Origin: a virus
Taxonomy: Duplodnaviria; Caudoviricetes
Direction: 5' to 3' (one strand)
Length of the DNA stretch: 40,712 nucleotides
IMG/VR virus record: IMGVR_UViG_3300013738_000002
Location: 1 to 40,712 of that record
Part shown: positions 23,593-33,701 of the stretch, piece by piece
Layout of the letters: every line of letters starts with the position of its first letter
How positions within the stretch are numbered: position 1 is the first letter of the stretch
Notes under the pieces: generated by a model
What the model was told of the DNA's origin: nothing
The model's database searches: none
Seen by the model: the letters and a program-made list of their open reading frames with translations, nothing else
Program-made: the position numbers and the translations under genes

Positions 23593-26500
23593 TTACCTCA
23601 CAATTGAAGTAGTAGCGGCGCGCCCGATCACGCCTAAATCAGAGTTTTGCGCGACGCTGAAATTGATGGTGTTGCCCGTGGTGAAGCCGTCAGCGGTGAT
23701 GTTCGCCGCCGTGTACACGTATGATTGCGCAGCAGTAACGGTCACGGTGCGCACGATGACGCCGGCCGCCGTGCTGATAGTCAGTTGATACGATTCCGTC
23801 TGCTGGTCGAGCGGAACGTCGGCGCCATTGTTCCAGGCGGCATAGACGCGGGCGCGGCGAATCCACGAAAGCGAAATGTCGGTGGTGCTGCTTGCCGAAC
23901 CCGGCAGCGCCTTAAACAGAACCGGCGCGAGCGGTTGAACCCTCGCAATGACCGGCGTCAATGATTGCGGCAAGCCAGGATGCCCGCCGTTCAGGTTCGC
24001 AAGCCGCGCCTCAAATGACAGTTTCGTGCCCACGTCGCGAATACTCAGCCCGACAATAGACAGTTTGGACGGGTCAAGGAAAACGAATTTCTCGCCGGCC
24101 GAGTGCATGCCGATGGCCCAATCCGTACCGGCGACGCCGCGCACGAAGCCGGTAAGCTGGTAGGTATTGGCCGAAATCAGCGACGCATTGCGGAAGTACA
24201 CGATTTCGCCGCCGACGTAGGCCGCGTTGGTGCCCGCAAGAAAGTTCGCATAGGAAACGGACGACAGCGAGCCATTAGCAAGGCTAACGGTCATTGCGCT
24301 AAGTTCGTCGGGCTGATTGCCGCCAGCGAACGCGCTTAGGGGCGCGGTGACGGTGCCGAGCGTGGACGCCTGCGCAATCGCAATCAAGTCCGTATAGCTA
24401 ACCCCGTCGCGCGAAATTTCGACAATGCACCCCGGCCACGCGGGCGAATACCCCGCCGCCGCCATGTAGAGCCCAACGGTCGTATCCGTGTCGCGCAGCG
24501 GCGGAACGTCGAGAATATCGAGCAACGTCGGGCCGCCGTATGCGACGCTTTGCTGCGCAAAGCCCGAAGGCGCACCGCCCGCCGCCGTGGACGTGTACAC
24601 GGCCGGCAATTCGCCAACGGCCGTCCACTTAAGCACGCCTTGCGCGTCGTACTTGCAATTCGTCAGGCGCACGGTATAGCTCACGCCGTTGCCTTGCAGG
24701 GTCACAACATCGTTCGGTTCGTACTTGAGATACGCGAGCGTCGTGCAAAAGGAAAACTGTTCGCGCGAAAGCCATGCAGACCACAAGTTGGACTGCGCTT
24801 TCTGCAATGCCACGTCGTCAGTCATCACGACGGCAAGCTGCGCGGCGCTTTCCTTGTTCGAAGAGGTCGCGGTTCGGAACGCGGTCTGCGTCACCTGGGC
24901 GTAGTCGTTATGAGCGCCGATGTAGGTAAGGGCTAGGCTCTTGGGTAGGTCGCTTTCTTGCGAGCGGGAAATCTCTATCGGCGTTTCATTCTGCGGGTCG
25001 CCAACGCTGTTTGATGCCCCAAGGTCGGCATATGCAAAGCTGCCGGCGACGGCGCCCCCGCGCTTGACGAACTTGAGTTTGCCGTCTGAGTCGGTCGCGT
25101 CGAACATGTATGCCGACATGAGCGGCACCAGGGCGTCGCGCGGCGCGGAGTTCTGCGTTATGGCATAGCCCAGGACGGGGCCGGTAAGTTGGGACACGTC
25201 GTATTGCGAGGGCGAAAGGCCGGCGCGCGTGCAAATATCCGCGACGACCGTCGAAAGCGGAATGGAAACGTCGCCCGTGGTCGGAAACGCAAGTTGAAGA
25301 AAGGTAAGGCTCCCGCCCGTATTGCCGGCCGTGCCAAGCACGATATATCCGGGCGAGATGACTTGCATGGTCGTGGGCGATGAGGCGAAGCCCGACCCCA
25401 AGAGCGTTAGCACGCCCGCAACGGCGTCGAAAACGGCTAACCGGCCGCTCGCATAAAGATAAATGTGCCGGTCGTCTATCGCCTGCCCGGTCATGATGCC
25501 GCCTAGCCATCCGACCCCGAGCGAAGACGAAGCCCAATAGCCCGTCTGCGAAAGCGTGTTAGCGTCGAATTGGTAAATATCCCCCGTGCTGCCGTCGATG
25601 GCATAGACGTACGCCGACGTGAGGCCGACGAGCATAAAAGGCTTAGTGACTGTGGACGTTGCCAGCAGCGCGCCCGTTTGCTGAAATGGTTGTCCGCTAG
25701 GTACTAGCGTGCATTTCTGAATTGCATTGTTCCCGCCCCCATAGTTGCAAGTGGCATAAAGCGTATAGCCGGATTTAATGAAGCTGCGCCCGACCCCCCC
25801 CACGCCCGAAGGCAAGCCGGCGACGCCATAAAGCCAAGTGCCGTCGGGCTTGTACCATGTCCATACGCCGTATGTGGCATCGGGGCAAAGAATGCCGGGC
25901 TCGTCGGACCATCCGACCGCGCCGCCCACCCATCCCGGCGTGTCGGTCGGAAGAAAGTTAGCGCTTGGGCCGTATGGATTGGTGAAGGTGCTTCCGTAGG
26001 GCGTCAACTGGCTAACGTTCAGGCCGTTGTAATGGCCGAGGTAGCCAATGCCCATCATTGTTGCCCCCTGCGCTGACAGGCCGCCTATCTGCGTCATGTC
26101 TTGGCTTGGCGAAAACGAATAGTTCGCCATTTGCGCTTCGACGTACGAAGGCGCCACGCCGGTCACGACTTCGAAGCTAAACGACGGGAGGTAATTGCCC
26201 CACGGCGACAGGTCAAGGCTATTGAAGACCACGTAGGCCAAGCCCCGATGTGCCGGCACGTTGCCGATGCCTAGCGCGGCTTCCATGGTCGGGTCGGGTA
26301 GCTGGTTCTCGTCGCCGTTGTAGACTTTGAAATTCGTAACCATCTGATTGCTTCCGCTGATTTGCTGGAAGTTCGATGGATTCGAAATGTCATAGACAAG
26401 CTTGCCGTTAGCCCATATGCGGCGAATGCCATTGATCGGCCCTTCGCATAGCGCGACGGCGAAACTCATATTCACGGTAATTTGCCCTGGGCCTTTGCCG

Positions 26501-26781
26501 CCGCCCTTGCCGCTTTGCGTGTGCGTCTGAGGCTGGCCGGCCCAGATGACGTTGCCGGCGACGCGATACATGCCGTAGACGCGCGGAATGACGGCCCCGT
26601 ACCCGGAGTCTTGGACACGGATGTCCCCCAGCTTCGGTGCGGGCGGTTTGTCAGGGAATAGCAGCGCGCCGGCAAGGCTACCGGCGAGCGCGCCAATCTG
26701 CGCGCCCAGGGCCGCGCCGACGCCCGGAATGAGTACCGCGCCGGCAACCGCGCCGACAACGGTCAATGCGAGACGCGCCAT
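23593..26781 (-). CDS. Tail tip / host-specificity protein (GTA-like phage tail protein)
   Basis: SGYGAVIPRVYG..RVAGNVIW...VPAHRGLAYVVF...GNYLPSFSFEV; 1062 aa. Confidence 0.88.
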   Translation of the reverse strand: MARLALTVVGAVAGAVLIPGVGAALGAQIGALAGSLAGALLFPDKPPAPKLGDIRVQDSGYGAVIPRVYGMYRVAGNVIWAGQPQTHTQSGKGGGKGPGQITVNMSFAVALCEGPINGIRRIWANGKLVYDISNPSNFQQISGSNQMVTNFKVYNGDENQLPDPTMEAALGIGNVPAHRGLAYVVFNSLDLSPWGNYLPSFSFEVVTGVAPSYVEAQMANYSFSPSQDMTQIGGLSAQGATMMGIGYLGHYNGLNVSQLTPYGSTFTNPYGPSANFLPTDTPGWVGGAVGWSDEPGILCPDATYGVWTWYKPDGTWLYGVAGLPSGVGGVGRSFIKSGYTLYATCNYGGGNNAIQKCTLVPSGQPFQQTGALLATSTVTKPFMLVGLTSAYVYAIDGSTGDIYQFDANTLSQTGYWASSSLGVGWLGGIMTGQAIDDRHIYLYASGRLAVFDAVAGVLTLLGSGFASSPTTMQVISPGYIVLGTAGNTGGSLTFLQLAFPTTGDVSIPLSTVVADICTRAGLSPSQYDVSQLTGPVLGYAITQNSAPRDALVPLMSAYMFDATDSDGKLKFVKRGGAVAGSFAYADLGASNSVGDPQNETPIEISRSQESDLPKSLALTYIGAHNDYAQVTQTAFRTATSSNKESAAQLAVVMTDDVALQKAQSNLWSAWLSREQFSFCTTLAYLKYEPNDVVTLQGNGVSYTVRLTNCKYDAQGVLKWTAVGELPAVYTSTAAGGAPSGFAQQSVAYGGPTLLDILDVPPLRDTDTTVGLYMAAAGYSPAWPGCIVEISRDGVSYTDLIAIAQASTLGTVTAPLSAFAGGNQPDELSAMTVSLANGSLSSVSYANFLAGTNAAYVGGEIVYFRNASLISANTYQLTGFVRGVAGTDWAIGMHSAGEKFVFLDPSKLSIVGLSIRDVGTKLSFEARLANLNGGHPGLPQSLTPVIARVQPLAPVLFKALPGSASSTTDISLSWIRRARVYAAWNNGADVPLDQQTESYQLTISTAAGVIVRTVTVTAAQSYVYTAANITADGFTTGNTINFSVAQNSDLGVIGRAATTSIVR

Positions 26782-27194
26782 TATTCAATCCCCGGAATGT
26801 GAAACGCGGCGGCAATCTGCGCGCGCCAACGCTCGTCGATGCGATGTTCTACGACCTTTCGGTTGATCGCGTACGCGTGAATGATCGTTTCCGCGCCGGT
26901 CATGATTGCCAAGTGGACGGGGCTGTTATTCCAGGCGAAGAGCAAGACGTCGCCCGCTTGCGCCTGGGGGACGGGAATCGAGCGCATCAACCGCTCGCAT
27001 TCCGTGCGCAAGCTGCCGTCGGGCCGGCGCTCATAATTCACGAAGTTGTAGTCGATGAGCCCCAGGGCGCGCGAGGTTTCCAAGACAAGCCCCACACAAT
27101 CGCACGCAAGCCCCTTAAAACGGCCCTGGTGCGCCCAGGGCGTGCCGAGCCATGTCCTAGCCTCAGTCACGAAAATTTCGCGCGTAGCGGTCAT
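26781..27194 (-). CDS. NlpC/P60 tail-associated peptidase
   Basis: ARTWLGTPWAHQGR..G..CDCVGL...HLAI...IIHA. Confidence 0.9.
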   Translation of the reverse strand: MTATREIFVTEARTWLGTPWAHQGRFKGLACDCVGLVLETSRALGLIDYNFVNYERRPDGSLRTECERLMRSIPVPQAQAGDVLLFAWNNSPVHLAIMTGAETIIHAYAINRKVVEHRIDERWRAQIAAAFHIPGIE

Positions 27195-27196
27195 TT

Positions 27197-28279
27197 TTAC
27201 GATTGCGGACGAAGGATAGTGTCGGGGCCGGGCACGTATGGCTCGCCCCGGAAATTTACGACGTTGTTAAAGCGGGTCTTGCAGGTCGAAAGCAGGCGGT
27301 CGCACCCGGCGTAAATCGTGTACGTGTCGCCTGGGGCAACGGGGAAGGGGAAGGGCAACGCCACAGTAACGACGCCCGGCGCAAAGCTTTTCACTTCGGT
27401 GCTATAGCCGGCGTTCGCGCCCGTCAGGAACGTGACTTTGCCGTAGGCGAAGTAGCCGATTGAATAGCTGTAATTGAAGAACAGGAACTTCGTCGCGTCG
27501 GCCGCGTTGAACGTATAGGTGCCATCGCTCGCGACGCTGTACTGCCCGCTTGCAGGCGAGACGGCAATCTGCGTCCAGGCCGTGCCCGCGCCATCGACAA
27601 CGCTGACGTTGGAAACGAAGGCGCCGCCCGTTGGCGGCACGACCTTCACGGTATAGGGGCCGGTCGACGGAATCTTTTGCCCGCGCGTGTCGGTATAGCC
27701 AACGGTCGGCCCCGTCTGCGTGAGGCTCGCGTCGGCCCAGGTAAAAACGTCGGTCACGCTGACAACGGTGCCGCTCGCGGAAGTTGCGGCGACCTTGCAG
27801 CGAGAATCCCCCAACGTGGCGCGACAGGTGGGGCCGTAGACTTCGCCGGACGGTTGCTGCATGAGTTGGGCTAGGCCACGGATTTCGGCCTTGTATTGCC
27901 CGTTTAGAAGCGTCACGGCGCCGAGTTTCCCCGACGTGAGAATTACGGCGCCTTGCGTGAGGTCGGCGTAGTTGATGAGCGAGATAGAGACCGTGGCGAA
28001 ATCCCACAGGCCGGCTTCAATGTCGACCTGTTGAATCGCGCTCGAATCGAACACTGCCTGCACTTCGCTGTTGGCCGTCGACATGTCGTCGCTAACCTCA
28101 ATCTGCGAGCCCGAGTACCCGCCCGCCGATGCGTATAGCTGGCCGTTAAACGTCACGTCACGGTCTAGGTCGGTGAATCCGAAGACCTGGGCGTCTTTGC
28201 GCGTGACGGTCCAGAGCGTGCAAATCGTCTGCACGTCGCCCTGCAGGTGGGCGAGCAATTGCGAGGATATGGAGCGCAT
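27197..28279 (-). CDS. DUF2163 family tail hub protein (GTA-like)
   Basis: FGFTDLDRD...CRATLGDSRC...GCDR...C...FNN..NFRGEP. Confidence 0.9.
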   Translation of the reverse strand: MRSISSQLLAHLQGDVQTICTLWTVTRKDAQVFGFTDLDRDVTFNGQLYASAGGYSGSQIEVSDDMSTANSEVQAVFDSSAIQQVDIEAGLWDFATVSISLINYADLTQGAVILTSGKLGAVTLLNGQYKAEIRGLAQLMQQPSGEVYGPTCRATLGDSRCKVAATSASGTVVSVTDVFTWADASLTQTGPTVGYTDTRGQKIPSTGPYTVKVVPPTGGAFVSNVSVVDGAGTAWTQIAVSPASGQYSVASDGTYTFNAADATKFLFFNYSYSIGYFAYGKVTFLTGANAGYSTEVKSFAPGVVTVALPFPFPVAPGDTYTIYAGCDRLLSTCKTRFNNVVNFRGEPYVPGPDTILRPQS

Positions 28280-28280
28280 A

Positions 28281-29153
28281 TCAAACCCGGATTTCGATGA
28301 TCGGGATGGAGCCCCAATCCACCAGCAGATCGCCCGTGGTGCCGCTCCGATCGACAATCTGCTTCTTCATGTCGTCGACGTCGAATCGCACAGGCACGTC
28401 GAACTGACCCGCCCAGGTCAGAACGTCAGAGCTCTGCGGATACAGTGAGGCAGTGCCACCGCTTCCCGTATTGCCAGTCGTGTTCGCCGCAATGGTGATC
28501 TGATTTGTTCCCACGGCGGTGATCTGCCAGGTCTTCCCGTTCAAGGTCGTGCCGAGAGTCCCGGATACGCCACTGATGCCAACGTACTTGCCAACGGCAG
28601 CGCCGGTCAGTGCGGAGCCAAAGTTAAGCACGGTGCTCGCACCGGGCGTATTCCCGGTGACCGCCTGGGAGGCGTCCGCGACGAAGGTCACGAGGCCGGT
28701 CGTCGTATCGAGCGAGCACTGCCCTGCCCCCGAACCGGCGGAGACAGGCGCCGCATTGCGATATAACTGCACGGTACCCACGACCGGCTTGGCGATGTTT
28801 CTTGTCTCGGAGAGCGCACCGGTGATATATGTCTTCGCCAACTGGAAGACACCAGGCGCCGCAGTGGCAACGAGGACGCCGTTTGCGGTCGTGGCGAGGA
28901 AGTCCGTCCAGTCCTTGATACGGAAGCCGTATGCTCGCCCCTTCACCGCCCGGAAGAAAGCATCGAGCGTCGCGGTATCCGACGCGTTCATCGCGCGCCG
29001 GCCCACGTCGAACTTGCAGCGCCCCTGGCTCCAGGCCGCAATGCGCCCTTCCCTGCCTGAATATACAGGTGCGACGACCGTCAGATAGGAGGGGCCCGCC
29101 GTCGCCCCAAAGGCAATGTTGTCGGGGAACCGCGGGGATTCGAGAAAGGTCAT
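28281..29153 (-). CDS. DUF2460 family distal tail protein (GTA-like)
   Basis: F.E.RFP...G.E.R...W...FF....GRAYGFR.KDW.D...FDVPVRFD. Confidence 0.9.
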   Translation of the reverse strand: MTFLESPRFPDNIAFGATAGPSYLTVVAPVYSGREGRIAAWSQGRCKFDVGRRAMNASDTATLDAFFRAVKGRAYGFRIKDWTDFLATTANGVLVATAAPGVFQLAKTYITGALSETRNIAKPVVGTVQLYRNAAPVSAGSGAGQCSLDTTTGLVTFVADASQAVTGNTPGASTVLNFGSALTGAAVGKYVGISGVSGTLGTTLNGKTWQITAVGTNQITIAANTTGNTGSGGTASLYPQSSDVLTWAGQFDVPVRFDVDDMKKQIVDRSGTTGDLLVDWGSIPIIEIRV

Positions 29154-31861
29154 CCGTTCCTCGCCATTGCGATCTGTGCATGCCGCATGATCTCCGTGGC
29201 CTGCTGCGACGCAGTGGCCCGGGACGTGCCGGCCGGCACCGAGATGTCCATGTAGAAGTTGCTGGTGCGGCTAGGTTGCTGACCGCCGCCGCCTGCGCCA
29301 TCCATGCCGCGAAGCGCATGATTTGGCACGATATTTCCCGAAGAATTGGGTACAAACAGCTCCGGCCCCCGTTCGCCGACCAGGTACGGGCCGCCGCCTG
29401 TGACCGGACCGCCATCGGCGCGCGCACCGAAGATTCCGGTAACACCGGTGCCACTGGCCATAGAGACTGACCCGGCCGTGCCGAAGTAGTCGCCGGCCAG
29501 GGGCGTTGCCATGGATGACGACGCGCCGCTCACCGCGGTGGCGGCACCTCCAAACGACCCGGCGCCGCCCAGGTCGAAGGCTCCCCCAATAAAAGAGCCG
29601 ATCATGTCGAAAAGCTTCGCTTCCATCGCTTTGACCGCCATCCGGTTGATCTCGACGAGGATGAAGTCCGACAGGCTCTTGAAATTCACCTTTCCGGTGG
29701 AGACGAAGTTGGTTATGGCGTCCTCCATGCCCTTGGCAAAGCCGCTCACCACGGACTGAGTCTGCGCCGCCATGTTGCGCGCGGCGTCGGAATAGTTGGC
29801 AATGGCCTCCGTCGCGCCATTGGTCCAGTCGGCTTGGCGCGCCTTCAGCGCCTCGTAGTAGTTGGTATAATCCTGCAGGGATTGCTGAAGGCCGGCCCGA
29901 ATCTTCGCCTGTTCGGCGAGATAGTCCTTGCCGCCGATCAGATCCTTCGGCGTGGCCTTGTCCAGCTCGGCCTGCATCCGCTGGTACTCAGCGTAAATCG
30001 ACTTCACCGCCTGGGCGTTCTTCTGCGCGTCAGAGCCCATCCCGAAGGCGTCAAGCTGCCGCCCATACTGCTCGCGCTGGCTATTCTGGTAGCTGGCGAT
30101 CTGAGCATTGATCTGTGCGGACCGTTCCTCGAGCTTCTGAATCTCCTGCTTGAGATGGAGTTTCTTCTCGTCGGCCACGTTCTGGGCGAGCTGCGCCTTG
30201 ATTTGGTCCTGCGCCGCGAGCAGACTCTTCTCGTCGGCCGTCAGGATCTTCCGCTCCTTCAAGTCGGCAATCTTTTGCAGGAACTCGGCCTGCTGCTTCT
30301 CGGCACCGGTCAGCTTTTCGCTCGAAGTTAGCTGCGCCTGTACCGCCGCATCCTGGTCCCGCAACTGCTGGATGAAGCGCGTCGCTGCATCGTCGTGGTA
30401 GGCCTTCGGTTTTGGCCCCTTCTTGTCTTTGTACTTCTCATTGATGTCGGCGACCATGCGCTCATAATCCGCATCTGAGAACTTGCCACCGTCCTTGAGG
30501 ATCGCCGCGCGGTCCTTTGCAAGCTGCGTCAGTTCCTTTTCCCGGCGCTCCGCATTCGTCATGACCTGCTCGCGCACGGCTTCAACCCGCTTAGCCGCGT
30601 CGATGCCATCCTGATGGAGGCGCGCGATCCTTGCCTGGGACTCAGCGGTTCGCTGCTCCAAGCGCTGCTGCTCCTGCAGCAGAGCGATCTGCCGGTCAAT
30701 TTCCGCGACGCGGCCCGTGGCAAGCGAATTGCCCTGGATATCCTTGCGTTCGCCCAGCAGGGTGTCGATGCGGTTCTGCAGCGTCGGCCCGGTGCTGAGC
30801 CCCTGCTTCAGGTTCGCCCAGAACTCCTGCACGCCGTCGCTGAGGTCCTTCCACGCCTTTGCTGCAGTCGACAGGTTCTTGGTGGACGATTCGGCGACCT
30901 GCCTCGTGGCAGCATCAATGACCGCCTGCACGGCCTTGTGCTTGTCGCCAGCCTCCTCCAACGCCCGGATGTGCTGGTATGTCGCCGTGTCCATGAAGTG
31001 CATGGACTGGTTGTGCTCATACGCCCACTTTGCCGGGTCTTCAGCGAGCTTCGCGTATTCCTTGCTGACATCCTCCAGCGACTGGCCGGAGATTTTGGCC
31101 GTGCGAATGATGACGTTCGAGAGCCCTTCCATCTCGGTCGCCGTGTACCTGCCGCTCTGCGCCAGATCCAGCAGGACCTCCGTCGCCTTCCCGAGCGACC
31201 CGCCGGACGTTCCCGCTACGCGCTGCTCCATCTCGTGCAGGGATTGCGCTGTCAAGCCGGCATAGTTGCCGGTCAGGACCAACGCAGCGTTGAATTTCTT
31301 CGCTTCCTCCGCGCCCTTGATGGCCGCCACGGCCACGGCGGCGATGGCGGCCGCCAAAATAGCCGCGGATATGCCAGCCGCACTGAATACCATACTCAGT
31401 GCGTCAGTGCGCTCGCCAAGCACCATCAGGGAGCCACCAAAGCGCGACCAATTGCCCTGGCTTGCCTCGTGCGCCAGCACAAGCAGCTCACGTCGTGCAC
31501 CAGCCGTCTTCAGATTGAATTCCTCGGTGTGGTGCGACGCCTGGGCGATCTTGTCGATAAAGGATTGCGCAGAATCGGACACGCCGAGCGCGGCCGCCTT
31601 CATCTGCAGCATCTCAGCGCGCGTCTTGCCGGCTGCCTCGGCCTGCTTGGCAAGCGTCTGAATGAACGAATTGACCGCGCGCTTGCTGGCCTCGCTTCCG
31701 TTGGTGGTCGCTTCCTCGATCGCCTTCTGTGCTGCGGCGGTTCGCGCAGCGGCGGCCTCCTGCGAGGCAAGGAAGTCCTGGGCGCTCTTCTTGGCCCGCT
31801 CCATCCCCGCGGCATAGCCGGTCGCGTCAGCCGTTACGCGGACAACTGTCTCATTTGCCAT
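29150..31861 (-). CDS. Tail tape measure protein (lambda family)
   Basis: 903-aa Ala-rich helical protein; FNAALVLTGNYAG; C-terminal ADGGPV...YLVGERGPELFVP. Confidence 0.93.
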   Translation of the reverse strand: MANETVVRVTADATGYAAGMERAKKSAQDFLASQEAAAARTAAAQKAIEEATTNGSEASKRAVNSFIQTLAKQAEAAGKTRAEMLQMKAAALGVSDSAQSFIDKIAQASHHTEEFNLKTAGARRELLVLAHEASQGNWSRFGGSLMVLGERTDALSMVFSAAGISAAILAAAIAAVAVAAIKGAEEAKKFNAALVLTGNYAGLTAQSLHEMEQRVAGTSGGSLGKATEVLLDLAQSGRYTATEMEGLSNVIIRTAKISGQSLEDVSKEYAKLAEDPAKWAYEHNQSMHFMDTATYQHIRALEEAGDKHKAVQAVIDAATRQVAESSTKNLSTAAKAWKDLSDGVQEFWANLKQGLSTGPTLQNRIDTLLGERKDIQGNSLATGRVAEIDRQIALLQEQQRLEQRTAESQARIARLHQDGIDAAKRVEAVREQVMTNAERREKELTQLAKDRAAILKDGGKFSDADYERMVADINEKYKDKKGPKPKAYHDDAATRFIQQLRDQDAAVQAQLTSSEKLTGAEKQQAEFLQKIADLKERKILTADEKSLLAAQDQIKAQLAQNVADEKKLHLKQEIQKLEERSAQINAQIASYQNSQREQYGRQLDAFGMGSDAQKNAQAVKSIYAEYQRMQAELDKATPKDLIGGKDYLAEQAKIRAGLQQSLQDYTNYYEALKARQADWTNGATEAIANYSDAARNMAAQTQSVVSGFAKGMEDAITNFVSTGKVNFKSLSDFILVEINRMAVKAMEAKLFDMIGSFIGGAFDLGGAGSFGGAATAVSGASSSMATPLAGDYFGTAGSVSMASGTGVTGIFGARADGGPVTGGGPYLVGERGPELFVPNSSGNIVPNHALRGMDGAGGGGQQPSRTSNFYMDISVPAGTSRATASQQATEIMRHAQIAMARNG

Positions 31862-32288
31862 TCGTCAATTCCGCTGCTTTGGTCTGGATCACGTCATCGA
31901 CGGCCGCCGCCGCCGCCTGCTTCTTCGCCTCAAAGGCTGGCCGCAGGAACGGGCGCGCTGCCATTTTCGAGGTCCCGAATTCGAGGAAGCGGCCATAGAA
32001 GGCGTCTTTGCTCCATGTCACGACGTACGAAGCCAGCTTGCCCTCGACTGACTCCTCCTTGTCGAAGGCGATCAGGAGTGCGTCACGCAGGAACCCTGGA
32101 TAGTGCTTCTGCTTTTCCGATTCCCACGTCTTGTGGCCCACAGGAACGCGCACCTTCACCTCAGAGAAGATGACGCGCGCGCCGGCCACTGCCGCTTGGC
32201 GCAATACCGATTCGCTCGCCACGTTGTCGAGCGCCCGCAGCGCATCAGTGAGCCCCTGCGGGTTCTCGACGGTGAAGTTCTTGGCCAT
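31851..32288 (-). CDS. HK97 gp10-like tail completion protein
   Basis: FYGRFLEFGTSKMAARPFLRPAF. Confidence 0.9.
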   Translation of the reverse strand: MAKNFTVENPQGLTDALRALDNVASESVLRQAAVAGARVIFSEVKVRVPVGHKTWESEKQKHYPGFLRDALLIAFDKEESVEGKLASYVVTWSKDAFYGRFLEFGTSKMAARPFLRPAFEAKKQAAAAAVDDVIQTKAAELTNGK

Positions 32289-32647
32289 TATTTGAGCTGC
32301 GGGAACATCTTGGAAAGGATGAGCTCGGACTGCGCTTCCGGGTCTTCGAGCAGAATAGGCTCGGCCTCATCGCGCGCCTTGGCATGTTCGTTCCATGGAA
32401 CGAAGTCCAGGGCGCCAAAGGGCTGCCGCCGCACCTTTTCGTTCCGGTGAACGTTGGCAATCATCGAGGCGATGGTGCCAGCGCGGAGATCATCGTAGTG
32501 CGGGCCCCGGCAGTCGATCTGGTAAAGGGCCATGTATTCGACGAACTCCGCGCTGCTGATGCGCGCCTGCAGCTCCCTTACTGGGATGCCGAAGTCGAGG
32601 GAGAGCTGGAGCCAGAATCGCCGCTCGGGGCGGCGTCGGAGTTTTTT
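32288..32647 (-). CDS. Tail assembly chaperone GT, C-terminal extension (-1 frameshift product)
   Basis: -1 frame from slippery A AAA AAC (32647-32641): KLRRRPERRFWLQL...ISSAEFVEYMA...DLRAG.IAS...N. Confidence 0.82.
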   Translation of the reverse strand, partial: KKLRRRPERRFWLQLSLDFGIPVRELQARISSAEFVEYMALYQIDCRGPHYDDLRAGTIASMIANVHRNEKVRRQPFGALDFVPWNEHAKARDEAEPILLEDPEAQSELILSKMFPQLK

Positions 32648-32982
32648 CCAGCTTCCTCGACCGCCTGGACTTCCATCTTGTTGATGCGCACAGCGACGTC
32701 GGTCAGGCGGTCCAATACCGCTTTGCTCTTGGCGCGGAGCGCATCGATGTCCTCCACCGTAAAGAGCGGCTGGCCGGCCTCGTCCACGGCGGTGACCACG
32801 ATGATGCGGGCCTGGAACTGGCTGTACGTCTGCTTGCCACCCTCCTGCATGGCGATGAAGTTGTCGCGGGCCAGCCCGGACATGACGGCTACCCGGACGG
32901 TACCGCCCCACTCCGGCACATCCACATCCTCGGTTTGAATATCGCGCGCGCCGAGGATCGCATCTTTGCTGAGGATCGTCAT
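32578..32982 (-). CDS. Tail assembly chaperone G
   Basis: LSKDAIL...VDVPEWGGTVRV...VDEAGQPLFT...EEAGKN. Confidence 0.88.
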   Translation of the reverse strand: MTILSKDAILGARDIQTEDVDVPEWGGTVRVAVMSGLARDNFIAMQEGGKQTYSQFQARIIVVTAVDEAGQPLFTVEDIDALRAKSKAVLDRLTDVAVRINKMEVQAVEEAGKNSDAAPSGDSGSSSPSTSASQ

Positions 32983-32984
32983 GG

Positions 32985-33626
32985 TTATGCCACCGTCACA
33001 GGGCCACTGATGCGGATCGATACGCCTGTCGTCTTGAGGAGCTGATCCACCGCGCCATCAAGCGGCGAGTTCTTCACGAACCCGGTAAAGGTCGCCACCT
33101 TTCCGTTCGGGAGCGCCAGCTGGAACGACTTCGCGGAACCGGCCTGCTTCGCCGCGTCCATCGCTTGCTGGCCGACGTCCGAATAGTCCCGGAACACGTC
33201 GAAGGTGAAGTGGCCGAAGTCCTGCAGGCCCAGCATGAATTCCTTGGCCGTGCTCGACAGCGTGGTCGAGTCCAGTTCGTTGGCTTGACCGTCGAAGCCC
33301 TTGAAGTTGATGAGGTTACCGATGGTCAGCCAGGTCACCGGAGTCAGCGTGCCGCCCGACGTGTAGGCCGTCATTGCCGATGCATCGACGCCCGAGAGTG
33401 CCACCGTGTTTGCGGTGACATACTCCACGACAGCGGTAAGACCGTTCAGCTGAGTGGTGCCCACGACGCCGGCGATCGACACAACATCGCCCTTGTTCAA
33501 ACCGTGGGCGGTGGACGTGATCACCACCGGATTCGTGAGCTGCACCCCGGAGATATTCTTGGCCGCGCCCGTGGCGCCCGAGATCTTCAGGACGGTGCCT
33601 TGCGCGGAAATTGCGGTACTTGTCAT
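32985..33626 (-). CDS. Major tail tube protein with inserted E1-FCCH-like beta domain
   Basis: STAISAQGT...ELDSTTLSSTAKEFMLGLQDFG; insert NPVVITSTAHGL..GDVV.I.GV.G. Confidence 0.88.
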   Translation of the reverse strand: MTSTAISAQGTVLKISGATGAAKNISGVQLTNPVVITSTAHGLNKGDVVSIAGVVGTTQLNGLTAVVEYVTANTVALSGVDASAMTAYTSGGTLTPVTWLTIGNLINFKGFDGQANELDSTTLSSTAKEFMLGLQDFGHFTFDVFRDYSDVGQQAMDAAKQAGSAKSFQLALPNGKVATFTGFVKNSPLDGAVDQLLKTTGVSIRISGPVTVA

Positions 33627-33644
33627 TTCGGAACCTCACATAGA

Positions 33645-33666
33645 AGAAAGCCCGCGCAAGGCGGGC
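33645..33666 (-). terminator. Rho-independent terminator / hairpin before the major tail gene
   Basis: GCCCGC-CTTGC-GCGGGC-TTTCTT. Confidence 0.65.
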
Positions 33667-33701
33667 ACGATGAAAAACTCGGCACTTCTCCTGAATTGGC
33701 G

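Noticed and set aside
30614-32173. 519-aa plus-strand ORF and similar long antisense ORFs (e.g. 3626..4708, 7279..8298, 14481..15473, 34307..35320)
   Set aside because: Shadow frames opposite well-supported genes in high-GC DNA, with no motifs
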